A DNA stretch of 64,000 nt from Marsupella aquatica. Its lineage: Eukaryota > Plantae > Marchantiophyta. Every line of letters starts with the position of its first letter. Position 1 is the stretch's first letter. Below are positions 1-12,473 of this stretch, one piece after another. The notes beneath the pieces were generated by a model. That model saw only the letters and a list, made by a program, of their open reading frames with translations, made no database searches and had not been told where the DNA came from. The stretch is taken from NCBI GenBank assembly GCA_973895155.1, contig OZ316894.1:15802699-15866698 (forward strand), given 5' to 3'. A program made the position numbers and the translations under genes.

Positions 1-438
1 TGACAAAAAATCCAAGCCGTTCCTTTATTAGTAACTCACACATTGATGCAAAAGTTAGTTTATTGACAAAAATAGTCAACTGGGACGAGCCCATATAACC
101 ACATTCCATGGTAGTCACCAAAAAATCCACGTCAGTGCTGCTCGAAGACCAGTGGTAAAGGAAGGATTTCAACCTGTATTCTTCAAAAGCTAATAGACGT
201 CAAGGTCAGGAAGTTCTACATCAAGCACGACAGAGACCGCTGAGCAGTACAAAGAAGGTCAGATGACACAGACGAGGAGAGCTTTTCTCTAAGTAGTCGA
301 GGTCCATACCTTTGCACAATTCATGCCAGTAGCGAAGAACTGTTGTTGCAAAGAACCATAAGCTATGCCACATATCAATCGACACTACTGCCAACGAGTC
401 CGATGGTTTAAAAGTAAAATGAACTGGAGATATTGCAC

Positions 439-2855
439 CTTGTAGTCAACTCCCGCAGCCGTAAGGTCATCATTAACAGTCAAAGACCCCTCCATGGCAG
501 CACGGCCACGGTAGAACTTTACAGCTTCAAGTCGAGGGAAGACAAATGCATAAAGAATCACTCCAATAACTTCCACAATCCCCGCTAATCCCCAGAATAC
601 AACTGCCACATTCAATTAATGATAAGTGACGCAAGTACCATTTGGGAAAGAGGAATTGACAAGCCACATTTGCAAAATATTACCGAGAATCCTTTACAAA
701 TAATGGATCCCCTCCTCTCCCCCAACCCCTTGACAGCAAAAACGATCGCACCACAATGACCAAGATGCTGCACCCTTCTTACTCACTGTATGTGCTGGTC
801 TGAGTGAATCTTACTGAAACCTAAGTCTGCTTGTAAGATAAATTTATTTTCGAAAGAGAACGCGTTCTTGTAACCTCCAAATCAAAAGCATCAAATTCGA
901 TTTGATGAGCAAAATCAAGAAGAGCGTACGTAGAATTTGATCATTTCGTCAAGTTAAACCTCACTACGGTACTTGCAGAAAGCTATAAGTTACGACGGGA
1001 ATTGACAAGAAGATTAGAGGCATGAGGTAATGGTGGTAGTCCGGCATGATTCAGGAAGTCTCAGGACGACGAAATGGTGTTAACTTTTTAGCCACATAAA
1101 CTTTCAAGATAATGATGACGAGAGTAGGAGTGAGTTAAGGAACTTACGAGCGCCTTTCCGAAGACCGAAATTGCCATCCCCAAAACCCACCTTCGTCAAC
1201 ATTCGCATTAGCGTTGTAGCGACACCTGATGCTGCAAGCCCAGCATTATAAGCCTGTACTATGACAAACAAATCCAAGTTTAGGTAAAATCTTCTTTTTA
1301 GAGTCCTAAGATTTCGACTCATTAGGTTCCTGCAAAATCTTCTAATTGAATAACCAGGCAGAGCACTAAATTACTGTGTATAGCACCTCGACAGATAACC
1401 TCGTCTAGGCGAGGGGGTTGGCTAGACAAGCTAACCAGGAGTTTACAAGATATGTAATTCCAAACGTTTCTAGCACAGATCTCAGGTGCTGCCTGTTCCG
1501 CAGGATGCTCTACCTAGCCATTGAACGACATTTCATCGTTTTAAAAGTCGAATCGCTGCAAACCATCATTGGTTTGTGACTCTGATTGATTAACGATGAT
1601 CTTTATCCGATGACCCAGCTTTGTCCAAGTGGTGTTGAAATTCATTCGTTTACACATTTATCGTCCAGCTCTCACCAGAGACAAACAATTTTGACTGGTC
1701 ACTCAAAATACTAAATGTGTTTGAAGTAGATATAACAATTGAACCTGTTATGAATTAATTACCTGCAAGTATGAGGGATGCATAAATGACAGGTCCCCAA
1801 CCAAGCCTCCTTGAGCTGTACCATCTCCTATGCCCAACATAGCGATCAGGAAGCACATTCCAATGAAGGAGCCAAGTCCGCCGTCTCCATGAGTGACAAC
1901 ATCAATCTGCACAGCGCAGGGTTATATCAATGTCAGGAATTTCTAAGGGGTCTAGGACTGCAGATGCAAATCAATGCAAGATATTAATAAGATAAAACCA
2001 GTGACCTCAAATCAAATTGTTCTAAATTTTCATGTCAACAGGAGAGAGTGGGGGAGAGAGTAAGTGCTGAACTCGCACCACAATCGCTAAAGCAATGGCC
2101 CCGACAAATAGAGCGAAGCCAGAAAGAATCCGCCACCTTGTACTAGCTCGAGCTTCGTAGTAGAGAAATATGCAGGTGGTGATTAACGCAAATGGTTCAT
2201 AGACGATAGTGAAGACCCGAGACGGATGAAATCTCTGCAGTGGAATAATCAAATCAATTCAGAACAGAGAAAATTTCCATGCTTTTGGACCGATTGTAAC
2301 ATTTTGGAGCAAAGATTCAGGTAGATGTCTTTCTTAGTAATCACGGAACACTCAGCCAGGACCAAGCTGCCATGAACGGAGAACGGCCAGGACTCGAGCC
2401 GGCGGACACACGGACTGTGGTACCCGTACGTGCATCAACGTTGGCTGCGAGCTGGACCAACTACACAAAGAACTGAAGGACCCAAATTGTGCCCTGTATA
2501 AGAACCCAATAACTGACGATTGCGAAAGGCCTCATCTTGCAGTTCACAATACGTCGCTGCATACGGAGGAACGACTGGTTTCACTCAACACGCATCCAAA
2601 GCGACTGGGAGCGACAGGGAAGAAGTGCAAACTCACCGGAAAAACCACGTAGTAGTAGTCCTCGACCGTGAGTAAGGCGTTCCAAGGGAACAAAAAAGCG
2701 CACCCCATAATCCACGAGATGGCGAAGGCAGCGTAGTGACCCTGTCGAACAAGAGCAACAGAATGGGAGGCGGAATCAGGCAAGCCATTCGCTTCAGAAG
2801 GGGGCAAAAGTCGGTCATTTTCCTCGTCCACGGAGTCGTAGTTGTCAAGCGCCAT
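439..2855 (-). CDS. ENT: Equilibrative nucleoside transporter (plant ENT3-like), 5' part; the gene probably continues past the left edge
   Basis: GT-AG exons ~2855-2637, 2234-2079, 1906-1763, 1253-1148 and 602-439 give ENT motifs: GCAFLFPWNALLTVEDYYYVVFP, RFHPSRVFTIVYEPFA, GDGTAQGGLVGDLSFM, AYNAGLAASGVATTLMRMLTK, FPRLEAVKFYRGRAAMEGSLTVNDDL. The C-terminal exons were not found in the window. Confidence 0.93.
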
Positions 2856-5800
2856 AACCTAGAATTCTTATGCTCAAGCTCAAGAATGAGGAACGAGATC
2901 AGCTGAGAATCGCAGGTCAACTACAGTCGTTCTGTGCATTGCTCAGCGAAGTTCGAAAGTAAAAATGTTCTCGTCTTCCTTATAATTGATCTGTTTTCGC
3001 ATCTCGAGTCTAGCAATGCTAAGCACACAGCGAGTCAGTGCCCACTGCTCAATGATTTGGTATCTGCTATCGCAATGCATGCAGCAAAGCAAATGTCAGG
3101 GTAGAACCATGAGTCTCGTCCTAGTTTAATCATTGATTGTGCAACTTCTTTGGCCGTGTCAGTTGAGGGAGAGCAGAGCATCAGAGAGAGTGAGAGGTAT
3201 ACGCTGGCTACGAGCTTAGTTAAAGGACAAAAGGCAATAATGAGAATGTGTCAGTTCTACAGACACCCGCTCTATACCGAAAATCTTGCGGTAGACAGAC
3301 TCGTGATCAGGGGAAACGAGGCGTAAAGACTAAAGAGACTAGCCATTGACTCGTCTACTGTTTGCAATGTCCTGACGAGCGATTCCAATCATTCCATGAT
3401 ACCCCGGGCTCTTTAAGCCCTGCACTAGAATCTCGATTTTAGATTTGAAGCTCTTTAGTCGGGAGAAACTTTCGGGAGGGACTAGGGCAGACAACAAATT
3501 GGAGCGGGCACAGCGCCGAATACACTCCACAGCCTCGAAGAACAATCTCTGGATGACTTGACACGAAAGTTGGAAATTTGTCTCCCTCAGTAGGCTACTT
3601 TCCTGCTGTTTACTGTTTCTAATGGAATTCAGCGAAATCTTTCATGATGGGAAAAGTAGCTGGGCCCACTTTGTTCATCAAACCATTATTTATTACTACT
3701 CTACCAACTAACGTTCAAATAGCCCCCAGTTCCGTGACGGCCTTTGGAGAACATAATTGTACAGGATTCTACATAGCCGATGCGGCAAGTGTGGCTACAT
3801 CCACAAGGCCGACACACAGCAGTCAACCACAGAGAGGCACAGATAATCGAGACAGCGGTAAGGACTTGCATTTCAATGGCAGCAACTGTACTCACCTTGC
3901 GTGGGTTTCCATGATGCAGCTCGGGGTCACCTTGAACATCAATGTCCTTTCCCATGCTTACTACCAGTACAGGTGCAAGACACCACTGTCGTGTAGGAAC
4001 CGAACTCCCGAGTGAACTGTTGAAGAGCTCGTGACCACTCTAGCTGTCACGATCTGGAACCCTGCATTCAAATGGGATGCGTGCAAGCACCGAGACACCT
4101 GCAGCGGTTGTGACAGAGATATTAAACTGCGATAGAGATGTATATCTACGGTAGAGCCTTCAGCTCTTAGATACCGGCTTACAGCCACATTTCTCAATTG
4201 GTGCATGTCCGAATCACAATCCATGTTGACCGGAACAGAAATTCATGCAGTGTCTCTCCCACACATTTCAACTAACCACGCCGAGAAACTCTCTACGAAG
4301 CGAATCTAAAGCTTCTGCCTTAACATTTGAGGAAAATCACAGCATATTTCACGCAGTGCCAAGCGGTCTACGCATTATGGCAAAACAAGACGGATCTCCT
4401 TCAATTCAAAGCTCCGGTTTGTACACTAACTCAAATAAAGGCCTATGCGATAGCTCCCCGGCTCCAAATATCCTCAAAAGAAACTCATTTCTCGAGGCGA
4501 ACGGGTAGATGGCAGAAGGTCAATCGAAAAGAAGATAACAAAAGCGGCAACAGTCATCAACAGGAAATTCGGAGGTCGTGAGCGACGTCGAGGACAGTTG
4601 GCAGCAGACTAATCCACTTCAAATGCTTGAGAGCATCGCCAGGCGTCCATAGTCAATCATGAGTTGAAATGCACTGATCCAGCGGTCTTACGAGGCATCT
4701 ATTGTTGCCTTGACCCCTTCCATCTTCGTAAGTAGCACCTCCTGCTTGCGTGCAATCCCACGAACGCCAAGCCTAGTGTATATGATTTAAATCAGAAAGA
4801 AGCAATCTCTGATGATGAGAACTGAAGCCCTGTGATGGGAGAAGATGGACGCCTTACACTCTCACTCATATCTTCAGAGCATCTCTTCGTGACGGATTTG
4901 ATTATAAACCAATTGGATGCGAGCTCGCACACGAACAGACTGAAGGCCTTTGTCCCCCACAGTGACCTAGATACGCTGGGACGGCCGTGCTACATGACAA
5001 TGGAGACTTAACAATGTGCGCACTCATTCTTTCAGTGTACTCTAGACCGAAGAGTTGACTGGGCCACGTGCTGGGTTTACTGATGGGCTGCCCATCATAC
5101 TCCCTGCCCCTCCGCTCCGCACTCCGAACCCGGGATCCTCCTCTACTAAGATATGGCCAGCTGCATCTCTCCGTCTTTGCCTCTTTCTACTTGTTCAATT
5201 CTCCCCTCCCTTCAGTTTTCTTCTGGCTTCAGTGCAGCTAGAGTTCTGAAGCGGACATCATTCTGAAGGAATTGCCGTGGTAAATTCTGCACTAGGAGAG
5301 CTTGCAAATGCGCACTGGCCTCGTGTGTCCCATCGTTCTATTGCTGCATCCTCATAGGTCATTACTACGAAGGAGAGAGAGGGCACTCGCACCGCAAAAT
5401 CGAGCAGCATCGTCCTGTACCTGCCCAATAACCCAATTCCCAAACTTGTCGCCCTGTTCCGGTTTTCGGCATCCGGTAGTCTCGCTGGTCTTCCTCGTGT
5501 CCTTTTGCCGTTGGACTTCCAGGTTGACTGGTCGCAGACAAAAGGAAGACCCATCCGTTTGCACTTTCCAGTACACGTAAAGTTCATGTAAAGTGAAGTG
5601 GGGCCAGTTCACACATATGAATGGCTAGGATTGATCTCTCACTTATAATAAAAAGGAATTCTGCCCCCAAGTTCTTGTAAAGCCACCCTCACAGCATTGT
5701 CCCAAACCAATGCAAATGTAAGAGCATTAATTTGTCCTGTTATGGTAACCAATGCAAGGTAATAATTGTGCTCTCGTCTGGCCTTAAATATTTTATTTTA

Positions 5801-7599
5801 TTCTCAAATCAGAAGCCCTCAGATTCAGCCACAAAATGGATCACATTGTCACTCTTGGGATTTTTTCACTCGCTCTCTTTAAAGGCCTGTGGGTTTCGAC
5901 TTTCCAAGCTTGTGTGATTTTTGGCAACGAAAGATTTGATGGGGTCGGCCTGTCCGCGGAAACAAACCCCTGATGAGGCCCCTCATCCAAGCAACTTTTT
6001 GGGGTCCCCACTCCCTGTAGAAAATATATCAAACTGCCAAAGAGCAGGAGGCGCAGAACCGGGAGACAGGATCCCACAGGCCAAAAAACCCAATCAAGGG
6101 GAAACAAGAAAAAAGGCCAAAAGGCCAAAGAGCAAAAACAAAAAAGACCAGGCACAAGCCCAGCCCAAGGAGAACAAAGGACACATAAACCTAAAGGCTA
6201 CCCAACGGCACAGTGAAGACCCTGCAATTCCTACATCCCCAGGACCTCCTGCAACTCCCCTCCAGACAGCCCCGTACCCTGCAGCCCATTTGTCCCACAC
6301 ACCCTGCAAATTACTACACCCCCAGTACTCTTGCAAGTCCCCTCCACACAGCCTAGTACCTGCAGCCATTTGTCCCTCCCAACCTATTGTTAAAGTACCT
6401 CCTTTTTTGCAGTGACCAATATGGCCTGGTATGAAGTAGAAGATTCCAAAAATATTCCTCATATAGTTTTCCCCAATTATTTTCCGATGATAAGATCTCC
6501 ATAATGTAGACTAGGTGTACATGTTTTGTCTGGTTGTCAGCCGATCCCCACTGGTTGCTGTTCTTTGTGATGCAGGGACGGGAAGCTTACCTTGCACAGT
6601 TGGACTCGGAAACATCACCAGAGAAACGATTAAGAGCTTCAGGAATTTGCCGCAATGAACAGATTTACCTATATGTGTGCAACACTTCAATTTATTGCAA
6701 GATCACAACATCTAAAACATTTTTAAGGGATTTTTATCAGACTTTGATGAGCATTGAATATTCCTTGTTGAAGAATCAAAGATGGGTTGATCTGGGCAAT
6801 GTTTTTTGATTGTACACATTCATGGAGGAATCCTTTTAGTCGGATCTCCAAGAGATGACAAAATTTCCACTCTTATTGGAGAAAAGAGGATGGATTCCTC
6901 CCTTTTGAGCAATTGTCCGTTACCGTGCGTTGCACTACACTATCTCGCTAGTGTCACCAAGTTGGGCATCAGATGACATACAAAGCATTAGAGAGGAGAG
7001 ACAGAGGAGGACCATTGCATTGTTTGACAACACATCGCTAGACCCAATGAATGACATGGGACAGAAATTACAATGCCCCAGTGAATGCGGCTTAAGAATT
7101 GACATCCCTCAAAGAGCCATGCGACTCTTTCGTGCACTTCGATACAAATCTAGTTTCTAAAGCTCGATCACAGCACATTAGGGCGTCTCAAACTCAGGCC
7201 GTAACTCATTATGGCCTTCCCGTAAGCCACATGTTACGGGAGCTCCCGTAAAAATTACGGGAGCCGATCTTCGGCTCCCATAAGGAAACCCCACGGGCTT
7301 TTGCCTTTAGTCATAACCTTAACCACAGTTCGTTAACATTGGCGCAAATACTATGTGCCTTTGTTGGACTGTACTGCCAATGTCGTGAGGTAGCCAGTTC
7401 CAAACTTTGAACTCACTCTCTTTCTCATCAAAGACGGAGAGGAGAAAACTGTGCCATGGCGATCGCAACAGAGGAGTGGTGAATCTGGCACAACTGCATT
7501 TCGCGAGCCTAAACCTGCAATCTGCGAGGTCCAACCTGCACATCACGAGATTGATAGTGCCATCTTTTCAAGCAATAAGTAAGTTTTTGCAGATGCAAT

Positions 7600-8030
7600 T
7601 CAAGTTTCGTGTGTATGCAAATTTCACAGTTTCCGATTTATGAAGTCGTGACATTGTCTTGCGAATGGCTTGTGTATGGTCACAGCTTGCCTTGCTTAGA
7701 GCTGAATCTCTTCTAATTTTGAGCAGCAGATCAGTTGTTTGGTTTTGCTTGAGAATGTGCTTGTATGCAGATTTGCCAGGATTCCGGAAAAATCATCGTC
7801 TTGACGTTGTCGTCGTATGGCTTGTGTTATTGGATTAGCATGCGCATCAACATCACGTCGTGGATTACAGAAGCTTGAGCTATACCTCTTCTACTTTCGA
7901 GCAACAAAGTGAGTTGTTGGGTTGCAATAGTTGTTTGGTTGCGATACAGATTGCGTTTGTATGCAATTTTCTGGAATTCAGGAAAAATTATCGTTGTCAT
8001 ATCAAATGTGTTTATATGGCTTCCGTTCAG
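7600..8030. repeat. Three degenerate ~150-195 bp direct repeats in the left arm of the PHIS element
   Basis: Shared anchors TGTATGCA..TTT..., TCGT and ATGGCTT starting near 7612, 7763 and 7958. Confidence 0.55.
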
Positions 8031-9063
8031 GTTTCAAATTTGCATCGTCATCACAAGTTTTGAGCTTCTTCACTCCAACAATAGCAACGATGTAGTATTG
8101 CACTAAGGACATAAATCAGCATTTAATGTCCAAAACTCGGTATTTGATCCCATGGAAGAACAAGTAAGGAATGATTTTCTATCGTTTAACACTTATGAAT
8201 GACTAAGGTAACAAAAACACAGGTTTGAGCCTTTTACTATGATTGCTCAACAAGACATAGATTTGAATGTTTGCTTAACATTGTAAATGCAATTAATAAA
8301 ATGGAAACAAATAACAAAACACAATAAAATCTTGAGGTATGATGAGGGAGTCTGGAAAACACCAAAGTAACTTCTCAACAACACTTCATTTGATGTGATT
8401 TGGGTGGTATATCCGTAAGAATATTTCTGGAATGGTTTATTGTACTAGGATGATTACTAAAATGCCGTCAACACGTCTCAACTTTCCTTCCAAAGGTATT
8501 CAAAAGAAACTAGTAATCAATCACTTCAATATCCAGTCAGTACTTTGAGTCACGAATAATAAACACCATGATGATCAAATTGAAGTCACAGGTAATTGGT
8601 GAGTAACAATCTTTGCATCCCATGCACAAGCAATGTCACGCCAAAAACTATGCATCAAGAGCTCAAGAAGATGGGTTGTCACCACTTAAGGAATCTATTC
8701 CCTCATACTTCTGAGATTCAACTCCATACAAATAATTTTACTTCAATGATCTAAACTCTCGATCATTTAGACCAATGAAGGGAGAAGAATTCCTTCTGCA
8801 TTTGTAAGCTCCATACAAAAACAACATGAAAGCTTTACTTTGCAAAGATGATTCAATGCTACAACACATGCCACAGGCACTACTTTATTTCTTCACACTT
8901 GAGAATGACACAAATTCTACTTCATATAGGCTAGCAGGAACCCAAGGAGACTGAGATACTGAAAGGACATGCCCTTTCATATTTGAAGGGTCCTGAATTA
9001 AACTTAATGACGGTCATCCTTGAAAAGTGAATGGACACTGCTGAAAGTGTAAAAAATGCAGGG

Positions 9064-9484
9064 GATGCTTCTCAAAGCGTCAAGGTTTGAGCGGACGCTT
9101 TGCAAAGCGTCGGTGTTTTTAGGTAAAACTAATAAACAATGATCTTCATCTAGTTTTAACTTCTAAACTAAGAGTTGGAATGAGTTGAAACTTTTCTAGA
9201 GTACTCTACTATATATAATCTCTATGCTGACAAAGTTTCAGACTTTTTTGAGACCTCTAAGTGTCTCAAATAAATTGGTAAAAGCGGCGCGGTGTTATAA
9301 AAGTGCGAAAACTGAAAATTTTTCTAAGTGTCGGGAACATAGTGGACGCTTCAGTCAGGCGTGGATACTTGGCGGACGCTTCCAAAAGCCTCGCTTATCA
9401 TGTAGACGCTTCTCAAAGCGTTGTGGTCTTGGATGGACGCTTCTCAAAGCGTCCAAAAATACAAGGGACGCTTTACAAAGCGTC
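9064..9484. repeat. Array of 18-bp palindromes GACGCTTNNCAAAGCGTC at 30-31 bp period
   Basis: Copies at ~9064, 9094, 9345, 9375, 9405, 9436 and 9467, some degenerate; the 9094-9111 copy is a perfect palindrome. Spacers of 12-13 bp differ from each other. Confidence 0.85.
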
Positions 9485-10092
9485 GGCAAAGCCGCGGCAA
9501 TGCAAAAAATAGCAAAACTAAATCAATCCTAACTTTCAAACCACAAGTTGGTTTGAGCTTAAACTTTCAAGTATGATTCTATTACGCAACTACTACCTCC
9601 TGAAAAAGTATGAGACTTTTCTGATAATGATAACTATTTAATTAAAATAGCAGAGATCGATTGATCGTGATAATTGCACACAGAGCTCATTCTTGCTGAA
9701 GAAGTGTTTTGGAGTCCAGTTCTTGAATCTTCTAGCCTACATTGCTTCTCCAATGATGTCCAGTCTTCGTTCTTGGTAGCATGCAAAGAGCAAGGATTTA
9801 TATTGGCGATCCTTGTCCAATACAGGCAATAGCCTCCGATGAAGCATAACATTAGGTAAAATGCTCAGTTGATCTAAATTGCTACAAAAGGTAACTAGAC
9901 TACACCTTTGAGCTAGAAAAAGTTCAAAATTTATAAATTTTCTATCATTTTCAACTAATGTACTGTATTACAAGCGAGGTGAGTGCTTTCAGTTGTTGTT
10001 CAGCTTGAAATCTTTGTAAAATTAATTAACAGTATATTCCAACTCTGTTATTACTTCTTGAATCAGTTCTTCCTGTATGTAGATTGCAGAAG

Positions 10093-10731
10093 ATGGGTCT
10101 TTGGACATCTCTTGCTGAGGTGGAGGAGAGTAGGGCCAGTGGCCAAAATGTATCTTTTGATCCATGCCTAGCCTGGGTAGTGAATTTTGAAGCTGAGAAT
10201 CCATATCCACAAAAAAATTTGTATGCCTCGTGCCCTGGAAGGCTTAAGAGTGGGGGGACATGCAAGAAGTCCCTTGAGCGCGGTCCAAAGCGTGACCACG
10301 ATCTGCCACCTAGCATGAGTTATAGATTCCATATCCGCATCTATGATGCTGTCCATGCTGGGTAGGCACCATTGAGTGCCATGATGTGGGAAGTTGCCTC
10401 AATATTCATGGGGTGCACTCCCCAAGAATTTGCAGGCCAGGGCGAGATTGAACAACTTCAATACCTCCTGGCTCTCACTCAACCATGTCCGAGAGTGAAG
10501 ATTTGGCTGTCGGTTGTTGAATATGAAATAAAGGTTGAGCATCTATGTTTTATGGATGCTCGTCCCCATGTGGCTCTACAGAGACCCAATCCTGGGCACG
10601 GTACTCCAAAGTCTTCTGGTCGTGCCCAATAGAAACCCTCCACGAGCCAAGGGAAAACTCCTGTTAAGCCAGTCAGAGAAGGAATTGACAACCTTGTTAG
10701 AGCGCTAAACCTACAGGATTTGGATGACTAG
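10093..10731 (+). pseudogene. RPA70 C-terminal OB-fold (Rep_fac-A_C)-like cargo gene with two in-frame TAG stops
   Basis: One frame from ATG 10093 to TAG 10731, interrupted by TAG at 10363 and 10630. Motifs WTSLAEV...LYASCP...CKKSL...YRFHIRIYD...ASIFMGCTPQEF...MDARP parallel RPA1 DBD-C (WKTLYEV...MYQACP...CNKKV...YRMILSVNIAD...AEAILGQNAAYL...MDVKP). Confidence 0.75.
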
Positions 10732-10987
10732 GATGTGTGGTGCAATTCCCACATTATTACCACATCGTGCATCATCAATTTTTCTGTAGCAACCCACATT
10801 GCATTTGTCATTGATAGTAGCACACATACCCTAGCAGTGTAGGGTTCAGTATTCCGGAATTTTGTACCTCCCAACTCAGTTTTCTCACGTGTAATAAATG
10901 TTTAGATGCAATGACATGTATGGACTGTAAATGTTACCTCTATTGTCTGAATTTCTCATGTCCATTTTCTGTGCATGAAGGAGAAAT

Positions 10988-12473
10988 ATGCCTCAAATGT
11001 CTAATCGCCAAAGAGCAATGCGGCCTGTGAAAGACATGTTGATGTTAAATATAGTACTGCACAGTTCTAGTGAAGAAGAACCAGATACCGGGAGTAAGGG
11101 CGATTGGAGTGATGCTACAACACCCACAAACTCTGCGTCTGACGAAGATTTTTATTCATCATCTGACTCCGAGGCTACGACAGACATGTATGACCTTGAG
11201 GGCAATTCAGATGACCTGCTTGAGTTGTACAGTGTAATGGAAAACACCAGATATTTTGTTGATAAGACTATCACCATCAAATCTTGGGAGTTTGTCTTGT
11301 AGTTTTTTGATAAACTTCCACCGAGATTTTTCAGGCAGATGACCAGAATGGACAAAGCCTCTTTCTCTGCTTTAGTACACCTAATTGAGGATCATCCAGT
11401 TTTTGTCAATGATTCACCATATGAACAGGCTCCAGTGGAATGGCAGCTAGGTGTTACCTTGGATCGATTGGAACATGAAGGCAATGGAGCTTGTCTAAAT
11501 CGTCTCATTCCAACTTGGGGAGTTAGTATAGGATCTCTCTATAATTTCACAACTCATTGTTTTACTGCCATGGAAACTGCATTGAAGGACCACTTGAGAT
11601 GGCCTGATCGTACTGAAAGACGAAAGATATCAGAGGAGTTTTCAAAGAGAGGCTTCCCAGGGTGTGTGGGCCTCATTGATGGGACTCTCATTCCACTTTC
11701 CCAACGGCCAAAGGATTCTGGAGAGTGCTACTATGATAGAAAGTGTCGGTCCTCGATAAACACGCAAGTTATTTGCGACCACAAAAGGAAAATCCTTTTC
11801 CTTTACACTGGTCAGTGTCTTCTTCTTATGTCTCTTTAGTTTTACACATGAGTACATGGTTTTGCATTGCTGGGATTGACATTATTTCACTGCTATGACA
11901 GGTATGCCTGGTTCTTGTTCAGACCTGCAATGCTACAAGAAGTCCTCACTGTTCCGCAGACAAAATGATGGCATTCTCTTTGGCCGTGGTCAATACCTTC
12001 TCGGAGACAGTGGGTATGCGTCCATGCCACACCTGGTTTGCTCATACAAAAGGGCAGAATGCAACTCAGACCGTGAAGACTTCAACATGTGTGTGGCCAA
12101 GTGCAAGGTAACAAATGAGCATTGCATTGGTGTCTTGAAATCACGGTGGTACTCCCTCAAAGAAATGCGAGTCCAATTGAAATCAAAAGCAGACAACTTC
12201 TTTCTAGTGAGGTGGATTGTAATGTGTGCACGGTTGCACAACTTTGTCATTAATAGGAACGACCTCTGGACTGATGAGGATGAGGAGATTACAGTTGACA
12301 ATGTTGACTCAGAAGATGAAGGTGTGGATTTCATAGTAGACCCTCGACCTCGACATGGTCGACCCCAACCACAGAGTGTTACCTTACAAAACAACATCAT
12401 GCAATGGGCATTGCAGTTCCATAAAGAACCAGGTGGATGTCTCTATGTCGGGAGTACTCAAAATGTCACTTAA
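10988..12473 (+). pseudogene. Harbinger-type DDE transposase (DDE_Tnp_4/HARBI1-like) with one premature stop
   Basis: Exons 10988-11810 and 11902-12473 (GT-AG intron 11811-11901). Motifs FRQMTRMDKASFSALVHLI, GCVGLIDGTLIP, YDRKCRSSINTQVICD, YLLGDSGY, VTNEHCIGVLKSRW, CARLHNF. In-frame TAG at 11300-11302. Confidence 0.95.

Noticed and set aside
3644-5040. Short ORFs including GVRFLHDSGVLH (kinase- or Roco-like)
   Set aside because: No HRD, DFG or other motifs follow and the frames are not joinable. At most an unidentifiable relic.
5258-5587. Possible second NAC-like remnant (TWKSNGK...GLLGRYRTMLLDF)
   Set aside because: Only two weak motifs, with no supporting A/B subdomain exon found.
5921-6462. 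164-aa and 122-aa overlapping ORFs
   Set aside because: Low-complexity Lys/Pro-rich translations of A- and C-rich repeat-like DNA, with no domain.
9345-9484. CRISPR-like appearance of the palindromic repeat-spacer array
   Set aside because: Repeats (18 bp) and spacers (12-13 bp) are too short, there are no cas genes, and the context is a eukaryotic TE.
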